NCBI GenBank assembly: GCA_029883265.1
Contig: JAOUJM010000009.1
Location: forward strand, 1-49,534
Length of the DNA stretch: 49,534 bases
Source: Gammaproteobacteria bacterium
GTDB taxonomy: Bacteria; Pseudomonadota; Gammaproteobacteria; S012-40
Direction: 5' to 3'
Shown here: piece after piece, positions 1-9,169 of the stretch
Numbering within the stretch: position 1 is the stretch's first letter
How the letters are laid out: every line of letters starts with the position of its first letter
Program-made: the position numbers and the translations under genes
The notes under the pieces: model-generated
Database searches by the model: none
Seen by the model: the letters and a program-made list of their open reading frames with translations, nothing else
What the model was told of the DNA's origin: nothing

Positions 1-48
1 CGGGGTGGGATTTGTATGCTTACGGTATAAATTTTCCTTGGGTATTAG

Positions 49-224
49 AGGGTTGGCCGGGATTAAAACGAGATCCGCCGGTTCACGTATCAGTCTTTGA
101 ATAATGATGGTGAAACTCAAAAATTGAAACCAATTATCCCAAGAATATTCTTTACAATTTACTAAATGAATTCATTTGCTTGTATTAGTTTTTGGCGTAT
201 TTGACACGAATCCTGGCCAACCCT
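49..224. mobile_element. 176-bp MITE-like non-coding repeat, copy 1, with 16-bp terminal inverted repeats AGGGTTGGCC(G/A)GGATT
   Basis: Near-identical copy at 22489-22664 (same orientation) and truncated 27-bp copy at 12927-12953; left end agggttggccgggatt is reverse complement of right end aatcctggccaaccct; no ORF. Confidence 0.7.
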
Positions 225-385
225 GATTATCATTTTGATAAATCGCTTTGCATTCATTTCCTCGTGAGGTCACATGATACAACGCCCCAGCAAATTCAAT
301 TCGTAGTGGTCTCGCCATAATTTTAAATTTAGCTCATTTGTCGCTTAAGGCAAAAGACAAGACCTGCGTAACCCTGGTTTGTGTG

Positions 386-2038
386 TTAACTTTTACTCCA
401 ACGCATCTCTTGTGGAAGTATTGGCCAGCAATTTACGCCATGTTCATCAAGCGCGCACACTGTATCTTTGTGAATGTTTAATTGATGCGGATTACTTAAT
501 TGAGTATAACGACGACCATTGGGATAATATTTTCCCCAACAAAGCACGCTACCATCGTCCAAAGTGCAAATATGATTTTTTCCAATCACAACATTCGAAG
601 GACTAGTCAATGTTGGCGGTGTGAGTTGGGTCAATGCGCTGTCACCCCAACAATTAATCTGCCCATTGCTTAACGCACACAAATCCACTCCATTTCCAAT
701 GGCAAAATCACTTGCTTCTACTTCAAGTGGCATATTGGTTATTTCTTTACTGCACACGACTTTTGAATTGCTAATCGCACAACTGAAATAATTTTCAATC
801 TTTAAAACCGAAACATTTTCTAAACTCGCTAAGAAGTCTGCATCGTTTCGCGTTTCCCCCCAACACACGACGGAACCGCTATCCACCACACAAGCACTCT
901 CGTAATTCACGTTCAATTGGCTGGGCTCGCTGACGACAGGCGTGTTGAGTAATACTAACTCCCTCGACGGATTATTGATTAACTTCCAACATTGTAAGCC
1001 GTTGTCATCTAATGCACAGCTTGTCCGATATCCGAGACCAAGCTCACGTGGATGGGATAAATCGTCAGGCAAATAACGTTCGAAATTGAAACCCTGACTG
1101 CATTTAATTTGATTATTCCTGTCGATAACGCAACTGTTATAGTCATCAACGTCTAGGTAGATGCCAGCGTCTACCGCTGGTGGAAATTCAAGCTCATCAA
1201 CATAGGACTCACCCCAGCAAACAATACCTGAGGCATCTAGAGCACAAGTTCGCGATGCATATTGTACTGGGGCCTGCAACTCTGCTGGTACAGGACTAGC
1301 ACCAGAACAGCTTATTTTATTATCAATCACCGTGCAGAACTTACCACCATCTAAATTGATCAACGATAGCGTCGGTGTAAGTGTTGGATCAGACAATTCC
1401 CGTTTGATAACGCTCGAATCCGCATTCCAACAACTGATCGTTACTAAACTTTCAGCCAGTGTTACTGCGCACGCACTACTCGCTGCCGCACTAACAAAGC
1501 TCGGCCTGTCACGCAGCTGTGGAACTCTCTCTAGAACGCTGCTTTTGCTGTCCCAACATTTAACTTGATGGCGATCCAGTACGCAATTATGCGAACCAGC
1601 CACACTTATTTGCTTGGGATGATCCAAAGGTGGTACTTTCGCTTGATTGCTTTCACCCCAACAAACGACTTTGCCGCGCTCTAACGCGCAGGAGTGTCGA
1701 GCACCCGCTTTTACTTGTATTGGATTCTTCAATGCAGGGACATCGGTCTGTCCCCAGGTGTTATTACCCCAACAACTCACGCCATCTTTGTGTAAAACAC
1801 AGGCGTGCTCTGAACCAACACTAACTTGTATCGGATGCTCAATCTTCGGTTGCTGTTCTCCGAAAAATTTACCCCAACAAATCAATTCTTGTTGATGAAT
1901 TCCACAACCATTGCGTCCATAATCGCTGATCAGTTCATGGGGGTATATAAAGACTTCGGTTTGCTTTGCACCCGAGCCGCAAGCCGTTAATACAAGCGTT
2001 AAAATCGCGAAAATAAGAATGTACGAACATTTAAACAT
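386..2038 (-). CDS. RCC1-repeat (beta-propeller) lipoprotein
   Basis: N-terminal lipobox MFKCSYILIFAILTLVLTAC; at least 7 tandem repeats of the pattern H/N-xC-ALxxxGxVxCWGxNxxGQ typical of RCC1/ATS1 repeats (CWG motif recurring every ~50 aa). Confidence 0.6.
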   Translation of the reverse strand: MFKCSYILIFAILTLVLTACGSGAKQTEVFIYPHELISDYGRNGCGIHQQELICWGKFFGEQQPKIEHPIQVSVGSEHACVLHKDGVSCWGNNTWGQTDVPALKNPIQVKAGARHSCALERGKVVCWGESNQAKVPPLDHPKQISVAGSHNCVLDRHQVKCWDSKSSVLERVPQLRDRPSFVSAAASSACAVTLAESLVTISCWNADSSVIKRELSDPTLTPTLSLINLDGGKFCTVIDNKISCSGASPVPAELQAPVQYASRTCALDASGIVCWGESYVDELEFPPAVDAGIYLDVDDYNSCVIDRNNQIKCSQGFNFERYLPDDLSHPRELGLGYRTSCALDDNGLQCWKLINNPSRELVLLNTPVVSEPSQLNVNYESACVVDSGSVVCWGETRNDADFLASLENVSVLKIENYFSCAISNSKVVCSKEITNMPLEVEASDFAIGNGVDLCALSNGQINCWGDSALTQLTPPTLTSPSNVVIGKNHICTLDDGSVLCWGKYYPNGRRYTQLSNPHQLNIHKDTVCALDEHGVNCWPILPQEMRWSKS

Positions 2039-2262
2039 CGAATTTTTCTCAGTTCAGGATTGCCCATGCATCATCAAAAGCTTACGAAACCCGTTTGCGA
2101 GTGAGGGTGTGAGCTTCAGCGTTTCGTTTCGAATTGATTTAAATGACCGGGCAAACTTTTTATTAAAATAGTTGCATGACTAATTTTCCAAGCAAAACTA
2201 TTATCGCATATATTTTAATGTTATAATAGATCAAATTATAACCATCGCCATAAGCGGATTTC

Positions 2263-3375
2263 ATGATGTCCCGTATCTTTTTCCTTACCCTATTGTTTTA
2301 TATTACTTTTTCCCCTGCGTATGGCGCAGTAGATTACAGCCAATTTAGCTACACGCCACTCGATATAGGTCATCAGGGTCGTCTTCCCAGCGAGATACAA
2401 TTCATTAAAGACGGCGAGTTATCGCAAGCAGCTTATTTTTATCAGCTTCCTCGTTATGAGAAAAAACACCGTATAATCATTAACAGTCTGGTAAAAAAGA
2501 AGCAGGTTTTCTTTCCAAAAATACTATTGCTTTCTGAAAATTTCGACGTATTAGCTGAGCTGAATAATCAGCCTAAAATTTCGAGTAGCTTGACCCATGG
2601 ATTTTCCATTGGCTACAAATTCGAGATTACACCTGCTTACCGCTATATTGTTTTAGTCGCTGACCAAGCATATTTAGGCAAGAACATCCGACACACCTAT
2701 AAGGTAGCGCGAATGTATCCTCTGGTTCCGCTTTATATGAATCTACTTTTGCCCGCAAAAACTTATGTGCTCAACGCCGAAATTGTTGATCACGGACAAT
2801 TTGTTTTCTTTTTGCCATATGAAAAGAACTATGCACCGGCAATTAAACCGCATGCGCCGTCATTTGGCGTTTTTACCGGCTTCGGTCAAAACCAACTTTT
2901 TGTGAGTAACGAAATGACCCCCTATAGTGCGGGTGATGCAGCGATCGCACAACTGGGTTACCGCAATCGTCTATTCAATTTTGCTGACTGGAGTTATCGG
3001 GCGGATATAGGTTATAAGTTTTTTAATTCGGACGTGGAAGTCAGCGCAATAAACTTACAAACCTATCTCATCTATGAATTATTTAATTTCTCAAACATCG
3101 GTGTGGAATTGGGCGCTGGTGTTAATTTGGATTTAAATCATCGAGTGACTGACGTAAACGATGAGAATCTCCTAATTTATTATTATGAAGAAACCACGCC
3201 ACGCAAACTTCAGTTTAAAAATGCAATTGGACCAGCGGTATTCCTCGGATTTCAGTACGAAGGCGCACTTGAAATGAAATTGCATTATATGAAAATGAAT
3301 TACAAAACAAATAATGGGCTAAGCTTTGACGGCTCGCATGCTGGCATTTCAATAAACATACACTTTGGGATTTAA
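2263..3375 (+). CDS. hypothetical exported protein, probable outer-membrane beta-barrel
   Basis: Signal peptide MMSRIFFLTLLFYITFSPAYGA; aromatic-rich alternating pattern; C-terminus GISINIHFGI. Confidence 0.4.
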   Translation: MMSRIFFLTLLFYITFSPAYGAVDYSQFSYTPLDIGHQGRLPSEIQFIKDGELSQAAYFYQLPRYEKKHRIIINSLVKKKQVFFPKILLLSENFDVLAELNNQPKISSSLTHGFSIGYKFEITPAYRYIVLVADQAYLGKNIRHTYKVARMYPLVPLYMNLLLPAKTYVLNAEIVDHGQFVFFLPYEKNYAPAIKPHAPSFGVFTGFGQNQLFVSNEMTPYSAGDAAIAQLGYRNRLFNFADWSYRADIGYKFFNSDVEVSAINLQTYLIYELFNFSNIGVELGAGVNLDLNHRVTDVNDENLLIYYYEETTPRKLQFKNAIGPAVFLGFQYEGALEMKLHYMKMNYKTNNGLSFDGSHAGISINIHFGI

Positions 3376-3645
3376 TGATTTAGGCGCATTAAGGTATAAT
3401 GAATGGCTTTACCGGTGAGTGTTTTTGGCGGGACGTGTTGACTGGATTTTTCCAGCCAGGTTTTGAATTGCTCGATGTGGGTTTTGAGTATTGTTGTCGT
3501 GCTTGATGTTCTTGTTCGGGTGTCGCATCTTTAGTTTCTGTTTCGAAGGCGTAGAGTGTTTTAATAAAGGCTAAGCCCTGATGGGCAGGTTCAGTTTACC
3601 GATTTTACATATCTAGTTTGCGAATGTGTCTCGATCAAAATTCAC

Positions 3646-4008
3646 TTGAACACGTTTTCACATAGACATTGGTATGCAGACAACAATGAAGGCAAGCCCA
3701 CTTTTGGAAGGGCAAAGCCCCAGCGCTCAAGAACCTTAATTACGAATCGAACCACAGGTAAACCTGCCACCAAGAATGAAATCCGAACAGATTATGATGC
3801 TGTTGAAAAACAATATAAGAAATTTCTCGCTGATCCCAATAGTTTTAATAAAGAGGGCCAATTTAATATTGGCGCCGATGCCTATGAATCAGTGACAAAA
3901 CTAAGCATCACCGAAGCAGAAGCTGATCGGATATTGGCAATCGATATGCGCGACTTTGAAAAAGAACTCAGTCAACATTATAAGGGTTCCTTTCAATTTC
4001 TCTTTTAA
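3646..4008 (+). CDS. hypothetical protein (weak phage-lysozyme-like segment)
   Basis: 120-aa ORF; segment SITEAEADRILAIDMRDFEKEL weakly resembles GH24 lysozyme region; overlaps 3' end of minus-strand gene; may be fragment. Confidence 0.25.
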   Translation: MNTFSHRHWYADNNEGKPTFGRAKPQRSRTLITNRTTGKPATKNEIRTDYDAVEKQYKKFLADPNSFNKEGQFNIGADAYESVTKLSITEAEADRILAIDMRDFEKELSQHYKGSFQFLF

Positions 4009-4777
4009 TAAATTGCCCAAACCACCACCATTTATATCTTACGTCTTCAGATAGTGCACGTTCTACATTGTTCTCTACAGTTTGAAGATATCCTTCGTAT
4101 GTTGCCGTGGTACCTTGAGATGATTCATCCTGAATATAGAAGTCGTGTAACCCGTTAACTATAACTTTATCGCAATATTCCAAACACATACTATTGCTTG
4201 AGTACTCCGATTTATTCCAGTGATCGATTGCAGTAGATGAAAGTTCGACGCATGGAACCACGACTTTCTGTTCAATCATGTATGCTTCTTGATATGCGAC
4301 ACCCACTATATTGGATTCTGTATGCCACACATTACCGATGGAAATGCCACCACGAATTAGGTAACCCTTATCCAAGAGAATGTGAGTTAACTGAATTACC
4401 CGCATAACCAAAATTGACAATCCATTATAACTTTTCCTTTTGTCAGAAGTTAGTGGCGCGCTCAAAATAATACAATCAGAAATATAAATATGTTTTGGTA
4501 TTAATTCGGAAGGAACGTTCTGATCGACAGAACCATCTAAGTTAGGAACAGCAGTGGACAGGATGGTGATGAGTGACTCTAATTCTGAAAAAACTTTTTG
4601 CTCTGACTCTGCCTCGGCAACTACAGATTTAAAGCCAAGCACATCGATAAATGCCACAGCTCTAATTTCAAATTCAACTTTATTGTTCATTGTGCCACCA
4701 AAATATTTTTGATAGACGGCCCATAGAATTGCGGCAAAAACGATTGCACCGATAAAGTAAATTAATATCACCACCAT
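3968..4777 (-). CDS. membrane-anchored palm-domain nucleotide cyclase-like protein (class III cyclase/GGDEF-like fold, divergent)
   Basis: N-terminal TM helix VVILIYFIGAIVFAAILWAV; motif AFIDVLGFKS (F-x-D-x-x-GF, metal-binding Asp block of class III cyclases / D-x-x-x-FK of GGDEF), second block HIYISDCIIL, then LIRGGISIGNV...VGVAYQEAYMIE resembling lrIGihtG...GdtVNlAsRle with substitutions at canonical catalytic positions. Confidence 0.4.
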   Translation of the reverse strand: MVVILIYFIGAIVFAAILWAVYQKYFGGTMNNKVEFEIRAVAFIDVLGFKSVVAEAESEQKVFSELESLITILSTAVPNLDGSVDQNVPSELIPKHIYISDCIILSAPLTSDKRKSYNGLSILVMRVIQLTHILLDKGYLIRGGISIGNVWHTESNIVGVAYQEAYMIEQKVVVPCVELSSTAIDHWNKSEYSSNSMCLEYCDKVIVNGLHDFYIQDESSQGTTATYEGYLQTVENNVERALSEDVRYKWWWFGQFIKREIERNPYNVD

Positions 4778-5080
4778 TATTTTCTGCGCCTAGGGGTTTC
4801 GTGTCCATTCCCTCGAAATGTTGGGAACATCCGAAACAAAACTCTAATTCTATCCATAAGTTTAGCAAAAATACTTAGCAATACAAAAAACTTGATGAGA
4901 ATATTCTTTCCCATTTTTTCATTAAATTTTGGAGCGAAAATTGGGAAACTATTTTAGTCAATTTAGAAAAAGTACTACCAAACTTCGAACAACTGAACGT
5001 CTTCGATGATCCTCGTCATCAAATCGAAAACATGCGTCGTGGTCACATATATTCGAATAACACGAAGACTCGCTCAGTGG

Positions 5081-5311
5081 CTACACGATTTTGAAGCCAA
5101 TAAAAAGCATGGCCAGTCGCATCCACAGACGGAAATTCCATGCACTGGTTAAGTTGAGGTTGATTACATCACAGAGTTCGCCTTTAAGTTTGTTGCGTGG
5201 ATACGTGTGCATTGATTTTAATGGAATGACACAGATTTTTGAACACTTCCCACTTGATATCGTTCCAATCTTTCCACCTGAAAATTTCGTTTTATCCAAT
5301 GTAGAGGGCAA
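5081..5311 (-). pseudogene. displaced remnant of an RHS C-terminal toxin tail (recombination footprint)
   Basis: Translated segment LDKTKFSGGKIGTISSG duplicates the extreme C-terminus (LDNVIDNTKFSGGKIGTITSG) of the upstream RHS toxin ORF; nucleotide repeat 5270-5311 vs 5776-5820. Confidence 0.5.
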
Positions 5312-5324
5312 ACTCTGACACTAA

Positions 5325-5696
5325 TTATTTTATAGGACTTTTTCTGCGGTGAGAATTTATAACTCCAATAAAAGCAAAAACACCCAGAAAAGGAGATACT
5401 GTGTAAACATAAATTAGGGTTTTAGGATTATCAAAATATGCAATTGCTAAACTTAATGTGATCGTTATTATTAGAAGTAGTGGAAGAAAGATGTTGTTGG
5501 TAGCTATGGCAATTTTGTGTTTTGCCAATTCTACCGCTAGATAAATAATTGAAAATATATTTATTATCATCGCAATAGTAAAAATTGTTGATTTCACATT
5601 GAATGTGTCCTTATAGATTAAGTAAATAAATATAAGCCACCCTATTATGTAGAATCCGTATTTTTTATTTAACAAGTATTTCTCTATTGCATTCAT
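5325..5696 (-). CDS. putative RHS toxin immunity protein (small 4-TM membrane protein)
   Basis: 123 aa, four hydrophobic helices, gene immediately downstream (1-bp gap) of the RHS C-terminal toxin ORF on the same strand, classic toxin-immunity arrangement. Confidence 0.5.
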   Translation of the reverse strand: MNAIEKYLLNKKYGFYIIGWLIFIYLIYKDTFNVKSTIFTIAMIINIFSIIYLAVELAKHKIAIATNNIFLPLLLIITITLSLAIAYFDNPKTLIYVYTVSPFLGVFAFIGVINSHRRKSPIK

Positions 5697-5697
5697 A

Positions 5698-7026
5698 TTA
5701 CTGATCCTGATCGATTGATAGCTGATTCTTGATACTTATCCCAGTACTAATTACACCGCTGGTAATAGTACCTATTTTCCCACCAGAAAATTTCGTATTA
5801 TCAATAACATTATCAAGGGGTTTCGCCATTATGTTTGTGCCGATAACATCTTTTGCGACATTGTCAAACAATTCACTCCCACTCTTCGCCTCTTGAGAAT
5901 CAAGACGCACTGCATTCTTCGTCGCTTCAGCACCAATTGAAACCGCTGCTTCTGTTGAGATTTCCATGGCCATTTGTTTGGACTTCGCCATTTTGGCAAG
6001 CGTTGCGGTTTTCTTGATTTGGTTTACCAAGCCTGCACCGACTGCACCCGCTACAGTTGAAGTGACTACCGAACCAACACTAAACTCATCACGCAATCCG
6101 AGTTGCATTTCTGCAGCTTGCGTAGCGACGTCGAGCACACCTGCGATCACAGCGGTTACTAGGAAATTTCCATCGGGATCCGTATATCGTATTGGATTGT
6201 TCCCAGTATAAGCATAGACATTATTATTCGCCGTGTTCAGTACACCCCCTAAGCCGGGTAAATTGTAGGAAGCTTGCCAGTCATTTTCTAAACGTGGCAC
6301 ATTAAACTTCGTCGATTTATTACTATTCGGAAAATATTTACTAAACGCAGGATCCGGACTAATCCAAGTAGAAACTCTTGGATCGTAATAACGCGCTCCG
6401 AAATAATAATACCCGGTTTCACTATCGAGTTCTTTGCTGGTAAACAAATACGGCGTGACTTTATTGTTTCCGCCTTCTTGATACCAGGTCTCACCAAACG
6501 GAAAGTATTCGACATGTTCGTGAATATCTCCCTCTTCATCGGTCACATAACTGGTGGAGCCCAAATGATCCGGATGGAAAAAGTATAGCTGATCATCCGT
6601 CGGTCCGATCACAATGATTTGTGCATCATGTATCGTGCCGTCTTCGTTTTGGATGGGGGCATCAGGATCGGTTTGACCCGGTGTGCCACCTTGGTAATAC
6701 GGGCTGTTGGGATCATCGAGTAAGTATTGTAGATTTGGGTTTTTGTTAACGTTCTGTGCGACTTCATTGGCTCGGTCTGAGCGATGTTCTAGGCCTTGAC
6801 CCGGATGATTACCATCTTGGAATTGCTTCGCGCCTTTGCCGTTGCTAGGGGCTTTGCCGTTTTGTTTTTTGCTCTGGCCTTTGCCTTTGTCGTGGCCAAG
6901 TTTTTTGCCTTTGCCATTGGTTTTATCCACGGCTTTGCCTTGGCCAAGGTTTCTTGGTTTATCATTGGCGCCAGTGTAATTGTCATCCGTCTTGAATAAG
7001 TAGCAACTTAGGAATTGCCACAACAC
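5698..7026 (-). CDS. orphan RHS-repeat core / C-terminal toxin module (N-terminally truncated)
   Basis: Contains RHS core end motifs YFFHPDHLGSTSYVTDEEG...FPFGE...TPYLFTSKELDSETGYYYFGARYYDPRVSTWISPDP and YAYTGNNPIRYTDPDGNF followed by ~170-aa Ala/Gly/Val-rich C-terminal domain; only ~240 aa upstream of core (Lys/Gly-rich low complexity), so not a full-length rhs. Confidence 0.75.
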   Translation of the reverse strand: MLWQFLSCYLFKTDDNYTGANDKPRNLGQGKAVDKTNGKGKKLGHDKGKGQSKKQNGKAPSNGKGAKQFQDGNHPGQGLEHRSDRANEVAQNVNKNPNLQYLLDDPNSPYYQGGTPGQTDPDAPIQNEDGTIHDAQIIVIGPTDDQLYFFHPDHLGSTSYVTDEEGDIHEHVEYFPFGETWYQEGGNNKVTPYLFTSKELDSETGYYYFGARYYDPRVSTWISPDPAFSKYFPNSNKSTKFNVPRLENDWQASYNLPGLGGVLNTANNNVYAYTGNNPIRYTDPDGNFLVTAVIAGVLDVATQAAEMQLGLRDEFSVGSVVTSTVAGAVGAGLVNQIKKTATLAKMAKSKQMAMEISTEAAVSIGAEATKNAVRLDSQEAKSGSELFDNVAKDVIGTNIMAKPLDNVIDNTKFSGGKIGTITSGVISTGISIKNQLSIDQDQ

Positions 7027-7183
7027 CGTCTGCTTTTACAATCCCATGCATCTGCGGGGCACGAACGAAAAAATACCCAATTGCCGCAAGAAAAGATGAG
7101 ATAAATATGAAATACCAAATTAACCCTGAATAGCCAGCATACCCTGCTAGCCCAAACCCTACTAGAAATGATACATTACCCAT
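6983..7183 (-). CDS. small 2-TM membrane protein, possible orphan immunity protein of preceding (lost) toxin cassette
   Basis: 66-aa ORF with two hydrophobic helices directly upstream of orphan RHS module. Confidence 0.25.
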   Translation of the reverse strand: MGNVSFLVGFGLAGYAGYSGLIWYFIFISSFLAAIGYFFVRAPQMHGIVKADGVVAIPKLLLIQDG

Positions 7184-7379
7184 GGCTTTTTCCTGTTTTT
7201 TCTGCTATGGCGAGATAACCAACATATACTGCATTGTTGTCGACAGAAAAGGACTAGATTTTAATGCCATACAGTATTTTCCATTATTTTTTCAATTGAT
7301 TTTCACCTAAATCATCGAAAAATGAACAATTTTTGCATTTTTCACTTGTAAATATATATGCAGTTGCATATATTTAACT

Positions 7380-7757
7380 ATGAAGAAAGTTACTGAAAAG
7401 CCGCTATATTGGATAGGCTCTTCTTTAGAGGATTTGAAAAAATTCCCAGAAGGGGTTAAGGATGTTATGGGGTACTCTTTAGACGTTGCCCAAAGAGGTG
7501 TTAAGGCAGACAATGCCAAACCTCTTGCAAACGTTGTAAAGGGAGGACGCATCTTTGAAGTTTATGATGACCATAAGGGCGACACATACAGAGCTGTTTA
7601 TACAGTGAAATTTGAAAAAGCTGTATATGTTCTTCACGCTTTCAAAAAGAAATCTAAATCAGGTATAGCTACACCCAAACCCGATATAGACACCATGAGA
7701 GCAAGGTACAAAAAAGCCGAAGAGCACTATGCAAAGAATTTCGGCGGCAAAAAATAG
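7380..7757 (+). CDS. higB: type II toxin, Gp49-like / HigB-RelE-ParE superfamily
   Basis: 125 aa; motif AVYVLHAFKKKSKSGIATPKPDIDTMRARYKKAEE matches phage Gp49-like (DUF891/PF05973) toxin C-terminus; followed 11 bp later by XRE antitoxin. Confidence 0.65.
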   Translation: MKKVTEKPLYWIGSSLEDLKKFPEGVKDVMGYSLDVAQRGVKADNAKPLANVVKGGRIFEVYDDHKGDTYRAVYTVKFEKAVYVLHAFKKKSKSGIATPKPDIDTMRARYKKAEEHYAKNFGGKK

Positions 7758-7767
7758 AGGCAGGAAA

Positions 7768-8109
7768 ATGAGCAAAAAAGCTGAAAAAATAGAAGTAACT
7801 GAAGGTAGCGGCAATGTGTTCGCTGACCTTGGTTGCGCTAATCCAGAAGAATTAAAACTCAAAGCTAAAATTGCATCCTCTATCAATTCAATTTTGAAAC
7901 ATAGAGGAATCACACAAGCGCAAGCGGCTAGAGTTTTAGGGATTAATCAACCTGATGTTTCTAATCTTAAACGAGGAAATCTGAAACACTTTACTGTAGA
8001 GCGTCTTTTTGAGCATCTAAACTCTCTAGGTAGAGATGTTGAAATACGCATCAAAAAGAAAAACCCTCGTACAAAGCGCGAACCACATATTCAAGTGGTA
8101 GCGGCATAA
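7768..8109 (+). CDS. higA: XRE-family HTH antitoxin (HigA-like)
   Basis: HTH QAQAARVLGINQPDVSNLKRG; conserved tail NLKHFTVERLFEHLNSLGRDVEIRI typical of HigA partners of Gp49-like toxins; ORF track start 7729 but likely true start ATG 7768 just after toxin stop. Confidence 0.6.
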   Translation: MSKKAEKIEVTEGSGNVFADLGCANPEELKLKAKIASSINSILKHRGITQAQAARVLGINQPDVSNLKRGNLKHFTVERLFEHLNSLGRDVEIRIKKKNPRTKREPHIQVVAA

Positions 8110-8136
8110 TTCCATTATTATCACCGAAATAATATA

Positions 8137-8160
8137 AAGCCCCCGTCGGGGGCTTTATGC
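8137..8160 (+). terminator. rho-independent terminator after higA
   Basis: aagcccccgtcgggggcttt hairpin followed by T-run (tatgcgtttt). Confidence 0.55.
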
Positions 8161-8343
8161 GTTTTATCCTTGACATTCGAAAGGTTAGTTCTTATGTGAA
8201 AGATAATGAATTACTTTTGAATCCCTAGCTCTTGCTAGGGGGCTGTTTAAGCAAACCGGTTCTGTCGCAATTAATTTGTGACGCCAAGCTTGGGATAACG
8301 ACTAGCGCTTCTCCGACTTGCTCCCTATATTCTTAGGGGCCCT

Positions 8344-8988
8344 CTATTCGGCATAGCGGATGTCAACTGACATTGAACGCAATATCGATTCAAATTCCTC
8401 TAGAAGCTGTTTTTTTTTGTTTCCCATAGTCCCGATAGAAATTAAAATCACACTGAAAGGATCAACCTGGACATAATGCTCTACAATATGAATATAGCCT
8501 TTATCTGATGGCATTTCGTATTCTCTTAAGTTCATTGGAAATTTAGTAAAACGCGTAGAAAAGCATTTGTGTTGTGGGATGGCTTTAGAAAACTGTATTT
8601 TTAGCCGGGCCTGATCTTCCTGGCAGAAGCGTTGGAAAACATCAGGCTCCATGAGCATCCCAGGCTGCTTCATTATGTTAATTCGATCTACATACAGATT
8701 TCTTATTTTCTCGAACCAAGACTGTTCTCGCGTAAAAATGATTTGATCCGTAGGAGCAATCAGTTCATAAAGCTCTTCCATTTCTTGTTTATCAAAAGTC
8801 GAGGACAGCGATGGGCGTTGTCGAATAAGGTTGGTATTTTGTACTTCCCATTTGGTTGAAAGTTCAATGGTAATCAATTGAAACAATTCATATTGGTGTG
8901 TTTTCGTAGCGGCAAATAGTGGCGTGATGCATATTAAACATACCGCAACTAGTAGACAACGCTGTTTTATTCGATAGGGATTTTTCAT
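8344..8988 (-). CDS. hypothetical exported protein
   Basis: 214-aa ORF with signal peptide CLLVAVCLICITPLFAATKT. Confidence 0.4.
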   Translation of the reverse strand: MKNPYRIKQRCLLVAVCLICITPLFAATKTHQYELFQLITIELSTKWEVQNTNLIRQRPSLSSTFDKQEMEELYELIAPTDQIIFTREQSWFEKIRNLYVDRINIMKQPGMLMEPDVFQRFCQEDQARLKIQFSKAIPQHKCFSTRFTKFPMNLREYEMPSDKGYIHIVEHYVQVDPFSVILISIGTMGNKKKQLLEEFESILRSMSVDIRYAE

Positions 8989-9169
8989 AGAATAGATTAA
9001 GTTTTACTGTAGTGATTCATATTTTGACCACCATTGTTGACCTGCTTCAATGATGGCAGTTTTTCGTGAACTCTAAACCAGGGATAGGCAATCATTTGAT
9101 TTGCCATTTGTATTGCTACAAGTTTGAGATAAACATACTGAGAATAAATCAATCTGCCCCCGTTTTCAC

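Noticed and set aside
1332-1895. Three + strand ORFs (78, 64, 82 aa) inside the RCC1-repeat gene region
   Set aside because: Antisense to a long, repeat-structured, well-supported minus-strand CDS; no independent signals
3646-4008. Possible phage GH24 lysozyme
   Set aside because: Only one short segment resembles lysozyme; catalytic N-terminal E-x8-D/T region not found; kept only as low-confidence hypothetical
6789-6999. Overlapping 65/67-aa ORFs on both strands
   Set aside because: Lie within the Lys/Gly/Ala low-complexity coding region of the RHS module; frame artefacts
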